A stretch of 64,000 nt of DNA from assembly GCA_020184695.1 (NCBI GenBank), contig JAANOX010000032.1, positions 282,450 through 346,449 on the forward strand. The letters run 5' to 3'. Made by a program: the position numbers and the translations under genes. This DNA is from Histomonas meleagridis 2922-C6/04-290x. Lineage: Eukaryota; Protista; Parabasalia. Position 1 is the stretch's first letter. Each line of letters starts with the position of its first letter. Shown one piece after another: positions 31,461 through 42,761 of this stretch. A model generated the notes under the pieces. That model was not told the DNA's origin. It searched no databases and worked only from the letters and a program-made list of their open reading frames with translations.

Positions 31461-31739
31461 TTACGACTTAAAAAGAAATCATTTTTAAGACTTTAAATTT
31501 AAATTTAATCAATGCAATAAAAGAATATGTTTTTCATTTTCCATCTTTAGAAAATTGAATTTGTGAAAAAATTCAGAATAGAACCACTGTATGTACATAT
31601 TGTACGAATTGATTCATACCATCTTTAATTAAGTATTTTGGAAACTTGTCATCAACATTTCGCCAACGTCATAATCATCATAAAGTATTCAAATAAAGAA
31701 TTTTTACATGCAAAATGAACACACTTAGTCAATTCAAAA

Positions 31740-32717
31740 ATGGATAAAGAACAGCAAGAGCTAAAAGAACAACAAGAAGAAGAGGAACAAAAAAAAGAAA
31801 AAGAGCTCGACCTTGATTCATTAATGAAAAGAGCAAAAGAAGGGAATATCCCAACTATCGAAGAAATTTATTTACTCAATGAACAGGCCATGAAACTTTT
31901 CCGAACTTATCCCAACGTTGTTCAAGTCACAGCACCTGTTACTCTTTGTGGTGACATTCATGGTCAATTTGATGATCTTCTCGAATTATTCAACATAGGT
32001 GGTGAAGTTCCATTTACTTCATATGTATTTATGGGTGATTATGTTGACCGAGGATTAAAATCCATTGAAACTATTGTATATTTATTTGCACTCAAACTCA
32101 AATATCCAAGTTACATCACTCTTCTTCGTGGCAATCATGAAAGCTTAGGCACTTCTTATCACTTTGGCTTTCGTGACGAGATCATGAAACGATATGGAGA
32201 TGAAAGTGTTTGGCGTGTTTTCCTCCGTACGTTTAACACACTCCCTCTTGCTGCTCTTATTAGCGAGAAGATCCTCTGCGTTCATGGAGGACTTAGCCCC
32301 AACATCAAAGAAATTAAAGACATCAATTCGCTCGACCGTTTTGTCGAGATCCCCCGCGAGGGCCCCATGTGTGACCTAACGTGGGGTGACCCGTCAAACA
32401 TTGAAGGTTTTCAGCCATCTGTTCGAGATGCCGGATATATGTTTGGCGCAGACGTGACACGTGCATGGAATGAGAAAAATGGTTTGTTGTTCACTGCACG
32501 TGCTCATCAATTGGTATCTTCTGGAATAGAGTTTGGTCATGATGGACAAATAGTTACTATATTTAGTGCACCAGATTATTGTATGAGATGCGGAAATAAG
32601 GCAGGAATTATGGAAATAGATGAAAACTTAAATCGAAGAGAAATTCGTTTTGGTACAACAAGACTTAAAAATGGAAATGATGAGATCCCAGAATATTTCA
32701 GTGTTAAAGCCAACTGA
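31740..32717 (+). CDS. PPP-family Ser/Thr phosphatase (PP2A/PP4/PP6-like catalytic subunit)
   Basis: GDIHG, GDYVDRG, RGNHE and SAPDYCMRCGN motifs. Confidence 0.95.
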   Translation: MDKEQQELKEQQEEEEQKKEKELDLDSLMKRAKEGNIPTIEEIYLLNEQAMKLFRTYPNVVQVTAPVTLCGDIHGQFDDLLELFNIGGEVPFTSYVFMGDYVDRGLKSIETIVYLFALKLKYPSYITLLRGNHESLGTSYHFGFRDEIMKRYGDESVWRVFLRTFNTLPLAALISEKILCVHGGLSPNIKEIKDINSLDRFVEIPREGPMCDLTWGDPSNIEGFQPSVRDAGYMFGADVTRAWNEKNGLLFTARAHQLVSSGIEFGHDGQIVTIFSAPDYCMRCGNKAGIMEIDENLNRREIRFGTTRLKNGNDEIPEYFSVKAN

Positions 32718-33018
32718 TTTATCTTTTGTCTAAAACAAATGTTGTAATATTTTTATAAAATATTTACGAAAATCAGTAAAAATCACTTTCGGTAATTAAA
32801 AAGTTTTTACAGATTTCGTGTATTATTTAAAAAAAAATTTAATGAAGTGTTCTTTCTATTTATATTTTACATTAATAAGCTTCAATCTAAAGCAACAAAG
32901 AAGTAAATAATATTATTCAATTTTGATGAAACAAAAGCAGGAAACCGTTTATACACCGATACAATTAACGTTCGTCAATGATGGAATTAATAAATGTTAA
33001 AAAAGCAACTTTTACTGC

Positions 33019-33633
33019 TTAACGGAAGCGGTGGAGCTTCATTGTGTTGCGGATCTTCCAGTCAGCATCACGGGATGGTCTCATCTTACGGTAACCCTTT
33101 CCCTTGCCCATTAAAGCGCGATGACGGCGTCCAGCAGATGTGAGTGCACGGCATTCACGGTGTGTGTGCTTGGAGCTAACGATCCAGTTGATCTTTGGAT
33201 CGTGTTGGATAGCTGGGTGCATTGGATCTACAAAGATGCATTCGTAATACTTGAAAACACCATCTTCATTGACCCAGTAAGAATTGAGGAGACGGAGGGA
33301 TGGGAGAGCCTTTCCTGCCTTCATTTCGGCCATGTTTTGAAGGTTAACCTTTGGTGTTAACTTGTAGATATGATGGGTACGGTTCTTACCATAAATCCTA
33401 TTCTTCTTAGCAACTCTCCTGCGGCCACCCTTTCTGATGCGTTGGCGATAGATAACATATCCTTGCTTAGCCTTGTAACCCATACGATGAGCCTTATCTG
33501 GACGTGTTGGTTGTGTAAGACGAACAAGTCCTGGGAGTTGGCGGTATTCCCAGCAGCGGAGACGAAGGATGAAACGCATGACATCACTTTGTTTCTTTGT
33601 CCATAATGCGCGGAGATACGAGTAGGCACCCAT
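33019..33633 (-). CDS. RPL15: 60S ribosomal protein L15 (eL15)
   Basis: MGAYSYLRALWTKKQSDVMRFILRLRCWEYRQ...LNSYWVNED. 204 aa from ATG 33633. Confidence 0.97.
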   Translation of the reverse strand: MGAYSYLRALWTKKQSDVMRFILRLRCWEYRQLPGLVRLTQPTRPDKAHRMGYKAKQGYVIYRQRIRKGGRRRVAKKNRIYGKNRTHHIYKLTPKVNLQNMAEMKAGKALPSLRLLNSYWVNEDGVFKYYECIFVDPMHPAIQHDPKINWIVSSKHTHRECRALTSAGRRHRALMGKGKGYRKMRPSRDADWKIRNTMKLHRFR

Positions 33634-33639
33634 GTTCCA

Positions 33640-33662
33640 AAAGGACGACCAATTGGCGGTTA
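33640..33662 (-). promoter_or_regulatory. M5 (CCTTT) core promoter with inverted M3-like GGCGGTTA
   Basis: Sense strand reads TAACCGCCAATTGGTCGTCCTTTTGGAACATG. Confidence 0.65.
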
Positions 33663-33756
33663 TTAACACAATATTTGAATGCCATGTTTCAGAACTTTAT
33701 TTCAGAATAAATTCACAGTATATGTTAATTATTTCACAATATTGAAGTCCTTTCAA

Positions 33757-34792
33757 ATGAAAAAAGGAAATGTGGAACGACCAAAAGTCGAAACATCAGA
33801 TACTATTTTTTCTAAAGTAAGTGTTTTATGCCACAAAAAAATAACATCTGTTTCTGAAGCTTTAACAGCTTTATCAAGAGAAATGACGAAAGCAAATGTT
33901 TTTCCATCAAAAACAATAAATTTAGCAGCTAAAATCGCATATAAAGAAACAGAAGAATCTCTTGCATGGGTTGAAGGCATTGTTACTCTTCTATTAAATT
34001 CAGCATCAAATCAAGAAGATTGGTTTTCAAAGCCACGAGCTGCTCTTTTTCTTTTTTGGTTTAAATATTGGAAATGGCACAAATAAAGAAATTCAAATTA
34101 GAATAATAGGTGATTATGTTCTAACAAATTTCATTCCTCAAAATGAAAGTCAACTTATAGATCATTTGAAAATAGCTAATGTCTTTACACAGCAAGTTAA
34201 TTTTAACAAAGATTTTTTCCCTTATGGATCGTTATTTATTTTCAAAAAAGTTATTTTTGAAAAAGAATCTTTTCCATTTCAAATACCACAGAAGTATATA
34301 TCATCCTCAGTGAAGCTCCTTGAAACTCTTATTACATTTCCTACAGTCAGAATTGTTTCACCAGAAATTGTTCATGGAAATGTTGGACATCCACAAATCC
34401 AAAACCTTATATATAATGCTAAAATTTATGAACAGAGACGTATCGAGGAGTATAGGACACAGCGCATATACCCACCAATGATACAAATGATCGAACCACA
34501 AATTTCGAAGATCTTCAAAAAGAAATCTGAGGATGACAGACTTAAACAAGAGCTTAAGAAGGAGCGTTCGAAGACGAAGAAAGAGCTCAGACGTACTCGC
34601 GAGTTCGCACGCGAAGAAAAGGAGAAAGAGAAAGTACAGAAGAAACGACAGAAAGAAAAGGAAAGAAGAAAGGTATGGGCCATGCTCGAAGCGGGAAGAA
34701 CAGACGACCTTAATATGGCAGCTATGCCTGCTCATGAAGATGAAGAAGATCAAAATGAAAATGAAGATGTTGATGAATCATCTGAAGAATAA
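33757..34792 (+). CDS. NOP14: Nop14-like nucleolar protein with a single +1 frameshift at the T6 run 34052-34057
   Basis: C-terminal LKQELKKERSKTKKELRRTREFAREE...KERRKVWAML resembles Nop14. Removing one T joins the two track ORFs. CCTTT lies 3 nt before the ATG. Confidence 0.6.
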
Positions 34793-34955
34793 ATAAAAAT
34801 TAGATAAAGATAAAGGATATGTAGCATTTGGTTATTTAAAAAGAATTGTTTTAAAACAATTTGGGCAAAAATCTAAAATTTGATTTAAATCCCGACATCT
34901 GATGTAAAATATTCAAATTTGTATCGTTTCTTCATGACCAAATCTTTGCAAAATC

Positions 34956-37637
34956 ATGAGTCAAATAAATATAGATGTTCAAAATATTGACGCTCTTGCT
35001 GCACAAAATCCTGCACAAGCAAATGAGCAACTATATAATTTGTTAGAAAATCCAGATTCTTTAGCCTATGTACCTGTTATTTTTCAAATAGCACAACAAC
35101 CAATTGTTCTTTTCACAGGCATAAAAATTTTAGAAAAGCACATTGAATCCAATTGGTCTGCTTTTTCTAGCGAAGAAAAATATGAATATCGAGAATTTGT
35201 GTTGGGTCTCTTAAATCGTACCCTCCCAAATGAGATCTATAGCATTGCTAAAAGAGTCCTTGCCCTTATTGCTATACATCAATATCCAGAAGAATGGGAA
35301 AATTATCTTGATGACATCATGGTCAATTCCCCTGATTATCAACAATTCACTGAATTTTTACTATGTCTAAAAAGTTCCAATTCATCAATTCTTTCACCAG
35401 AACGTGCAGCTTTTATTAATCAAAGAATCAAAGAACGTGCAGGTCCATTTCTTTACTCAATAATACAAAATCTCAATGATCATTATGCTGTCCAATGTCT
35501 TGAAAAGTTTAATCACTATGTTACATGGGAAGAACTTCAAAAATGTGAACCAGCAAATCTTTTAAACATCAATCAAGAAGAATGTTTTGAAGGTTTTTGT
35601 GCTCTTTTTTCCATTGAAGGCCTTCCCGCTGATGTTATTCAAGCATTTTTCCGCACCTTAGCCAACATCAATGTTACAAATCCCAAAATCTATTTACATA
35701 TTTTACCCGTTTTGCAACAACATATTAATGTTTTAGAGACCATTGAACTTCTTCCCGTTCTTAATTCTGTTCATGAGAAATTATTATTTATTGATTTTAT
35801 TGATGTCATTGATTATTGGGAATGGTTTGTCTTATCTATCTACGACGAATTCCAAAAGACTGGTGGTGTCTCACAACGATTTACGAGTCATTTTGGAACA
35901 CTTTCATCGTTGCGGGATAAAGTGATACGAAATATGATACAACCGCCGGACTTTGTAATACCGGAAATTTTTGATTCACCAGAGAAGGATCAAAGTCAAC
36001 AAAACATGTTCAACCAATTACGGTCAATTTTAATCTGTTTTATGGGTATGACATCGTCAGATGTTCATAGTAATATCACAAGCATATTAAATGAATTACA
36101 TGTAAACTTTGAAGAGAACAAATTCTTATCCATTATTTGGACTCTTGGATGTATATCAGGTTCAACCAAATCTATTTTAGAATCAATATTTGTAATTGAT
36201 TCGATGAAATTCATTTTGGATTGTTTTAAAGTCCCGAACATTAATAAGCCAATTATTGCATCATCATTTTTATATCTTGCAGGAGTATATTCTAAATCAC
36301 AAAAACTTACTTCGCAATTTGTCGAAGTATCTATAAATTTATCGATTCAAGCATTAACAAGTTCGAAGACACAAAAGATTGCGGCGAACACTTTATTAAA
36401 CTTAACTAAATATTCGATATCAATGATAAATCGAATACCAAATGATATTTTAAGTTTATTAATGACTGCCAATTTACCATCGGATATCTTTTTGATGTTT
36501 TGTGAATCCGTTGGAAGGATATTTAATAAGCATCATGAATTCCAAACATTATTAAATGCATATTACCAACGATGGAACAATTCATTAAATCAACAATTTT
36601 CATTTGAAGTTGCACATGAACATTGTATCTTAATGAATGGATTTGTTGGGTTATCACATGTAAATCCATTATCCATTGAAGGTTTAATTAAAGAATGTCG
36701 GCCACAATTTATCCAAATCACTAAGCAATATGGCGAAGGAGTTATGTCTTTATATAATGAATTTGCCGAAAATTCTATCACACGAGATGACATGCGATTA
36801 ATGATCGGATTTCTTAAAGCTGAAATCTTATTATTTAAAGAAATCGTATTTTATGATTGTGGAGATATATTATCATTATATGGAATATTTCCACCGATTT
36901 TACGTATTCCTGAATCATTACTTTTAGCAGAAGCGTTATTAAAGTCTGAATTACCACCTGAGATAGTAAAAGGTTTACATGAAACTGTTATAGTACCAAC
37001 AGAAGAAATGGTTTCACAAGAACATAATTTATTTGTAGAACATAGTGAATTACTACCGAGAACATTGTTAGCAATGATACGAAGTTATTTCGAATTTGTT
37101 ACACCGGATGACATTAATTTTTTGATTAATTCATTACAATATGATAATCAAATTTGCGTATTGGGAATATTAAAAGCAATTGAAGTGTCTGTGGAAAAAG
37201 CAGATTTGAAATTCATCGATGAAAATAGAGATAATTTCTTTAGGTCGTTTTTGGGTGATATTATGTATAACGTTATGATGGTGATCTCTGATCCTTCACA
37301 TTCATTTTGTTGCGCGGAAGCAATACAATTGTTACGTAACTTGATTATATTCATTGTGACCGGTCGAGTAAGATGTCAACTGTTTGAAAAAATTGATAAC
37401 ATCGAAGGAATGGTAAGATACTTGACCGAGAGAATCATGCAAAGTTATCCATCTGTTTTACCAACAGAAATGATTACGCTCTTGCAAATAATGTTCCAAA
37501 ATGTCCAAAACGAAAATAGTTTCGAAGAATACGTGGCAATGTTCATAGCAAGAACAAGACAAACAACACAAGTGGAATCTTTGATGCATTTGAAGTATCA
37601 GAAAATGAAACAATCTGTGCCTGAATTAATGTACTGA
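34956..37637 (+). CDS. Exportin-1/CRM1-like karyopherin
   Basis: IBN_N-like N-terminus, HQYPEEWENYL, VIRNMIQPPDF and IIWTLGCISGS match CRM1 blocks. Confidence 0.8.
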   Translation: MSQINIDVQNIDALAAQNPAQANEQLYNLLENPDSLAYVPVIFQIAQQPIVLFTGIKILEKHIESNWSAFSSEEKYEYREFVLGLLNRTLPNEIYSIAKRVLALIAIHQYPEEWENYLDDIMVNSPDYQQFTEFLLCLKSSNSSILSPERAAFINQRIKERAGPFLYSIIQNLNDHYAVQCLEKFNHYVTWEELQKCEPANLLNINQEECFEGFCALFSIEGLPADVIQAFFRTLANINVTNPKIYLHILPVLQQHINVLETIELLPVLNSVHEKLLFIDFIDVIDYWEWFVLSIYDEFQKTGGVSQRFTSHFGTLSSLRDKVIRNMIQPPDFVIPEIFDSPEKDQSQQNMFNQLRSILICFMGMTSSDVHSNITSILNELHVNFEENKFLSIIWTLGCISGSTKSILESIFVIDSMKFILDCFKVPNINKPIIASSFLYLAGVYSKSQKLTSQFVEVSINLSIQALTSSKTQKIAANTLLNLTKYSISMINRIPNDILSLLMTANLPSDIFLMFCESVGRIFNKHHEFQTLLNAYYQRWNNSLNQQFSFEVAHEHCILMNGFVGLSHVNPLSIEGLIKECRPQFIQITKQYGEGVMSLYNEFAENSITRDDMRLMIGFLKAEILLFKEIVFYDCGDILSLYGIFPPILRIPESLLLAEALLKSELPPEIVKGLHETVIVPTEEMVSQEHNLFVEHSELLPRTLLAMIRSYFEFVTPDDINFLINSLQYDNQICVLGILKAIEVSVEKADLKFIDENRDNFFRSFLGDIMYNVMMVISDPSHSFCCAEAIQLLRNLIIFIVTGRVRCQLFEKIDNIEGMVRYLTERIMQSYPSVLPTEMITLLQIMFQNVQNENSFEEYVAMFIARTRQTTQVESLMHLKYQKMKQSVPELMY

Positions 37638-37839
37638 GATAATGTAATTTGAATTAATAAATTTTTTTAGATATTTTGGTTTTAAGAGTTCGAATTATTC
37701 TGATAATATTTAAAACGTTTTTTGTTTTTTAAACAAAGGTAAAAATTAAAATCAAAACAAAAATATACAATCAAAGTGAATTGATGAAACATTTGAAGTA
37801 TACTTGAATGCGAAAGGATAATATTCTAATCAAAATTTA

Positions 37840-38230
37840 TCTTAAAATACTAATTCGACATTTACAGAAACCTTAATAAAAGTTATGTTGAACTCACAAC
37901 TAATGTCTTTATGAAATATAATAAAGAAGGTGTTAATCCAAATCAAATTGTAAAAATACTTCAAAATAAAAATTATCACATAAAATGATTTTGCTTTTCA
38001 TCAATGATCATTCACTTTATGAAAGATCAAATCCATTAACAAAGAAACGTTGCATCAAATATTATTCAGAAAATTTTATATTAATTAAATGCACGAAATA
38101 TTTACTCCGTTAAAATTAATAACAGAGGCAATTATACAACTGCATGTGGAAATTTAATAAATATTGCATTTCAACGAAATCATTTATCAGATTAAGAAGC
38201 ATATGAAACAGCAATCGAATTGAATCATTA
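37840..38230 (+). pseudogene. Coding remnant with in-frame stops, possibly a transposon-derived fragment
   Basis: FDIYRNLNKSYVELTT...QIH*QRNVASNIIQKILY*LNARN...NRGNYTTACGNLINIAFQRNHLSD*EAYE in one frame. Confidence 0.3.
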
Positions 38231-38356
38231 ATTTTTTAACACTGTAAATCATCGTTCAAACGGTCGCTATTCGTGAAAAACTGTTTTGAATGGATTTTTG
38301 ATTTTTGTCTATCCAATTCAAATTTGAGAGTTAAGAGGTTAACCTCACAACGAAAT

Positions 38357-40855
38357 ATGTCGTTCTGGGAAATATTTATACTTTTATTCTTCTTCACTAA
38401 TTTCACAAAGCAAACTTCGTTCATGAAAAGTAGTGGAACTCTACACGTGTCTGAAGAAAATTATGACTTTTCAAGTTTTAAAGAAATTACTAAATATCTT
38501 GTTGTTGATCAAAAAATAGAACCCAAAGCATTTTCTCATTGGGACTCATTACAAAAAGTATATATTGGTGCATCTGTCAACTCAATTGGTGAATATGCAT
38601 TTTCTAATTGCATGAACTTGCAAAGTGTAATCATTGAAAAAAATGTTGTTTCAATTGGGGATTATGCATTTTCATCATGCATGAATTTAATAAAGGTACA
38701 GATCAAAGGTAAAGTGCAAAACATGGGATTTAACGTATTTTCTGACTGTTCAAAACTTAAACCCAATATCAAACCAAATGTAATTAATGCCGTAAGCTAT
38801 ATAAATTCGCATACTTTATCGTATACTCAAGTAAACACAGAAGTTGTTGCCAGTACATTAGTTGCATCTCCAAGTTATATTGAAAGTAACACAGAGTCAG
38901 TTTCGCAAACACTTTCGGAAACAAATTCTTTAACTGTATCAAATATAAATAGTAATGTTCAATCACAGTCATATTCACAAACCCAAGTTCCAGCCGATAG
39001 TGTAACACACAGCAAAACTTCAACATTATCAAACTCTTTTTATTACTATGATTCATATGTTTTATCAGAATCACCAACAGATACAAGTTCATTAATAGTA
39101 TCACCATCAACTGTTTCATCACAATCTCCAACACTTTCATACTCTATTACATTATCTCCTACAGAAACACCTTCGATTTCACCTACATTATCACCTACAT
39201 ATAGTAGTACATATATAAATACATACCAAAACTCACCAACGAAATCCCCTTCACCTACTATATCCATCTCATTAGTTTCTTCATACTATTCGTTATATGT
39301 AGCTTCTATAACATATTCAAAAACTCTTTCTCCTACTATTGTGTATGTTAGTAACCCCGTAACCATATCCGTGAATTCAAATACAATGTCACTATCAAAA
39401 ACATCATCATACTCAAATTCTCTTAAATCAACGTCAACATATGTACCTTCTACCACATGGGTATCTTCCCAAACATGGTCAGATACATTAATTATCGAAT
39501 ATGAAGATTCAGGTTACATAACACAAAGCCTCACATATACATATACAAAAGGTGTAAACTCTCCAGTTTATGCATATGTTTATACAGTAACTCAAGTAAT
39601 TAAAATTGCTTATGGATCATATGTAACTTCATATACATCGTCCAACTCAAATACTTTTTCACTTTCTCCAACAATAACGAATACACCAACGTTAGTTGCT
39701 TCATCAATATATGTTGCATCAACAACAAAATCACCATCAATTTCAACCACTATTAAACCAGTTTCTTCAAGTGTATCTTCAATAGTTACTATTGACACAA
39801 GTTCATTATCATATGTTGCAACTAAATCGAATGTTAATGTAGTTTCTTATGTAAATGTAGATTCAAGTACATTAAAATTATCAACAACATTAACAAAAGT
39901 AGATTCAGTTACACATTCACAAACACAAATTTCATCTTTTACATTAACATCTTCATCAACATTAGTTCAATCAACAACATATGTTCCATCACAAATTTTT
40001 GTTGATGTACAAGTATCATCAAATACACTTACAAAAGTACAATCATTAACTACAGAGTCTTCACTAACAAAAGTATCATCACAATCATTTACACAATCAA
40101 TATCAACTGTAAGTTCGGATACAATAACTTTATCTGATACAATTTCACAAACAAGTTCACAAACAGCATCAACAACATTATCAATAATAATTTCAGATAT
40201 AATTGTAAATTCATTAGTACCATCAAATACATATGTCGAATCAAATTCAATTATATAACAAAATTCTCTTATCTTATCAGAGATATTTACACTTACACAA
40301 ATCGAAACTTATGTTGAAGAAGAAAATACTATGACGTATACAAATACATATGTTATATCATACACAAATACATATACAAATACAGGTACATATACAATAT
40401 TTACTTCGATTACATTTACTAAATCATATAATTCATATGTATCTAACTCATATGTACTTTCCTTCATAAACTCAACGTATCAACATATTATAACAGAAGT
40501 TATTTATTATGATTATACTGTAATTAAATATACATCAAAGTTTTATTATTATTATCCAAATTATCAAATTTCTCATGATGGTGATACAGATAATAATAAT
40601 AATAAACTTAGTATCGAAATTATTGCTGGAATTGCAGCGGCTGCTGTAGTTGTTGTCATTATTATAATTGTTGTTATTGTCGTTGTTGTTAGAAGAAGGA
40701 AGAATTTATCTAATTCAAATATGAGCGAAATGAGCAATAATAATAAAGATCAAGAAAATATTTACGCTGGAGTACAAATGTATAAGAACGTTGATGAAGA
40801 TCCATTCGCTGCAGATTTCAAAGATCAAAAATTCGAAGTATTGTTTTACCCATAA
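38357..40855 (+). CDS. BspA-like protein (few LRRs, long Ser/Thr stalk, TM, DPF tail) interrupted by one in-frame TAA at 40256-40258
   Basis: Signal peptide MSFWEIFILLFFF, LRRs and S/T stalk. The frame continues ATA TAA CAA AAT TCT into the 40331 ORF, which carries TM IIAGIAAAAVVVVIIIIVVIVVVV and DEDPFAADF. Confidence 0.8.
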
Positions 40856-41106
40856 AATGTATTTATTTTGATAAATACTTAGAATAAAAATAATATTTAG
40901 GAACTTCTTATCTTTTTTTTTTTTAATTTTAATTAATGAATGTTTCCATTATCAAACTTACAACAGACAAAAGCTGATAAATATTTTTAATAATTCGTTC
41001 ACTATTAGTGAATAACTTTGTTTTTGTAATTTTAATTTAATTTACATGTAAGACGATACAAAAGTGACACAATTGGCAAAATGAAAAATCATAATAATCA
41101 GGCTAT

Positions 41107-41679
41107 TTACTCTGAGAAGTCATCGCCTTTTCCTTGCTTCTTTGCAGCATCCTTGGCCCTCATTCTCCTCTTACGACCAGCCTTTTCGGTTGTCATAACA
41201 GAATTATCGGCGTAACGGATGTTACGTTCGGATTCCTTCCAGACAAGGAATTGTGGTTGGTTGACGAGTTGGTTTTCAACAGCGATGTGGCGATGGTTGA
41301 TAAGCGTACGTGCGTGATGAATTGATTTAGCAAGTGCAGCTTTGTGAACTTGGGTTTGAAGACGACGATCCAAAAGATCATTTGGTGTAAGTGAAAGTAC
41401 ATAATCGAGCTTTTGCTTTGTTTCATCGAGAACACCGAGACGTGTAAGACGACGAAGAAGAGCAGCACCTTCGAAGATGCGCTTTGTGTCGTTTTCTGGA
41501 AGCATAAGAAGATTACGGGCAGCCTTACGGATCTTGGCAAGTGTGTAATTTACCCTCCAAAGTTCGCGCTTGTTTTTAAGACCGTATTCACCGACAACCT
41601 TAAGTTCACGGTGAATACGTTCTTTTTCGTATGGACGCATTGGTTTCTTGAAAGTACGGCCGAAGTTGTGGCTCGTCAT
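41107..41679 (-). CDS. RPS9: 40S ribosomal protein S9 (uS4)
   Basis: [14 protein letters not shown]...[14 protein letters not shown]...[12 protein letters not shown]. Confidence 0.97.
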   Translation of the reverse strand: MTSHNFGRTFKKPMRPYEKERIHRELKVVGEYGLKNKRELWRVNYTLAKIRKAARNLLMLPENDTKRIFEGAALLRRLTRLGVLDETKQKLDYVLSLTPNDLLDRRLQTQVHKAALAKSIHHARTLINHRHIAVENQLVNQPQFLVWKESERNIRYADNSVMTTEKAGRKRRMRAKDAAKKQGKGDDFSE

Positions 41680-41682
41680 TGC

Positions 41683-41701
41683 AAAGGACGGCCAAACCGC
41701 T
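41683..41701 (-). promoter_or_regulatory. M3-M5 core promoter
   Basis: AGCGGTTT-GGCCGT-CCTTT-GCA-ATG. Confidence 0.8.
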
Positions 41702-41987
41702 CAAATTAACTATGTTTGTTAGAATTAGTATTGAATAATTTACAAAACCGTTTAAATAAATTGCAATTTTTAAAAATGTTAATTTCATTTTGATGAAAAT
41801 TCAACAGTAATAAGCTTATTGTCTTTTATGTACTAAAAGGATATTTCGTTTTTATGATGATATCGTTAATGATAAACACATTGAAAAAATAATTATTAAA
41901 CAATAAAAAGCACTTTCGGAAAAATCGAAGATAGAGAATGTATACGTTTTTATTAAAATAATATGACTTAAAAAAGCTCATAAATAT

Positions 41988-42491
41988 TTATTCAACTTTG
42001 AGTTTTTTGATTTCTTGTTCTGATTTTGGCAAAATAAAGGCTTTTGATATTGTCAACATGAAATCAATGAATGTTAAAAATGCGGATGTTATTGATGAAT
42101 AAGCTAAGCAAAAAGAAACTTTTAACAATAAGCATAATACTGTTGCTGGTGCAAGTGTCCTTAATGCACTAACTGTAAATCCTTTTGAAATTGCTTTGAT
42201 AAAAATAATTAGTATGATAAACAATGAAACATAAAATAATATGGTCGGAGCAGCAATTGAAAATAAGAATCCTTGTGTGAAATGTGGCTGCTTCTTTGTT
42301 GACACTACAAAGAAAAATGAATCTGCTACAAATCCAATAAACAAAATCACAAAATAAATGAAATTAGATGAATTGGTATCACTAATTTTGTTATAAACAA
42401 TTGCAGCTAATATAAATGATGCAATTGTTACTACTAAGGATACATATACCCAAATGCATCCGAAATCAACATAATCGTCAAGATCAATCAT
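41988..42491 (-). CDS. Small multi-pass membrane protein
   Basis: 167 aa with 4 hydrophobic segments and a basic C-terminus. Confidence 0.7.
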   Translation of the reverse strand: MIDLDDYVDFGCIWVYVSLVVTIASFILAAIVYNKISDTNSSNFIYFVILFIGFVADSFFFVVSTKKQPHFTQGFLFSIAAPTILFYVSLFIILIIFIKAISKGFTVSALRTLAPATVLCLLLKVSFCLAYSSITSAFLTFIDFMLTISKAFILPKSEQEIKKLKVE

Positions 42492-42761
42492 TTTGCTTAT
42501 CTGGCCGTATAGTTATAAACGTTCCCATATAAAGTATTTAATTTTGAAAGCAACTTCATAAAAAAAATACACAATGATGAAGTTTACATATAAATTTCAT
42601 CTTTCATCAATAAATAATCTCCTGCTTATCATTCGAAATAGGTATATTTTCACTTTAATTTTTGTAACAATTTAAACTTTTATTTCAGAAAAAAAAGTTT
42701 TTATAAAAAACTATAATTGTTGTCAGTTGAAAATTCTTCCTGCAATCGGAATCATTTTCAT

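Noticed and set aside
41710-41743. Intron-like GTAAAT...CTAACAAACATAG upstream of RPS9
   Set aside because: It lies upstream of the M3-M5 promoter, so it is probably not transcribed, and the branch spacing is wrong.
42664-42688. 25-nt GTAACA...TTTCAG upstream of the 42762 BspA gene
   Set aside because: No branch motif at the expected position, upstream of the Inr, and such strings arise by chance in AT-rich DNA.
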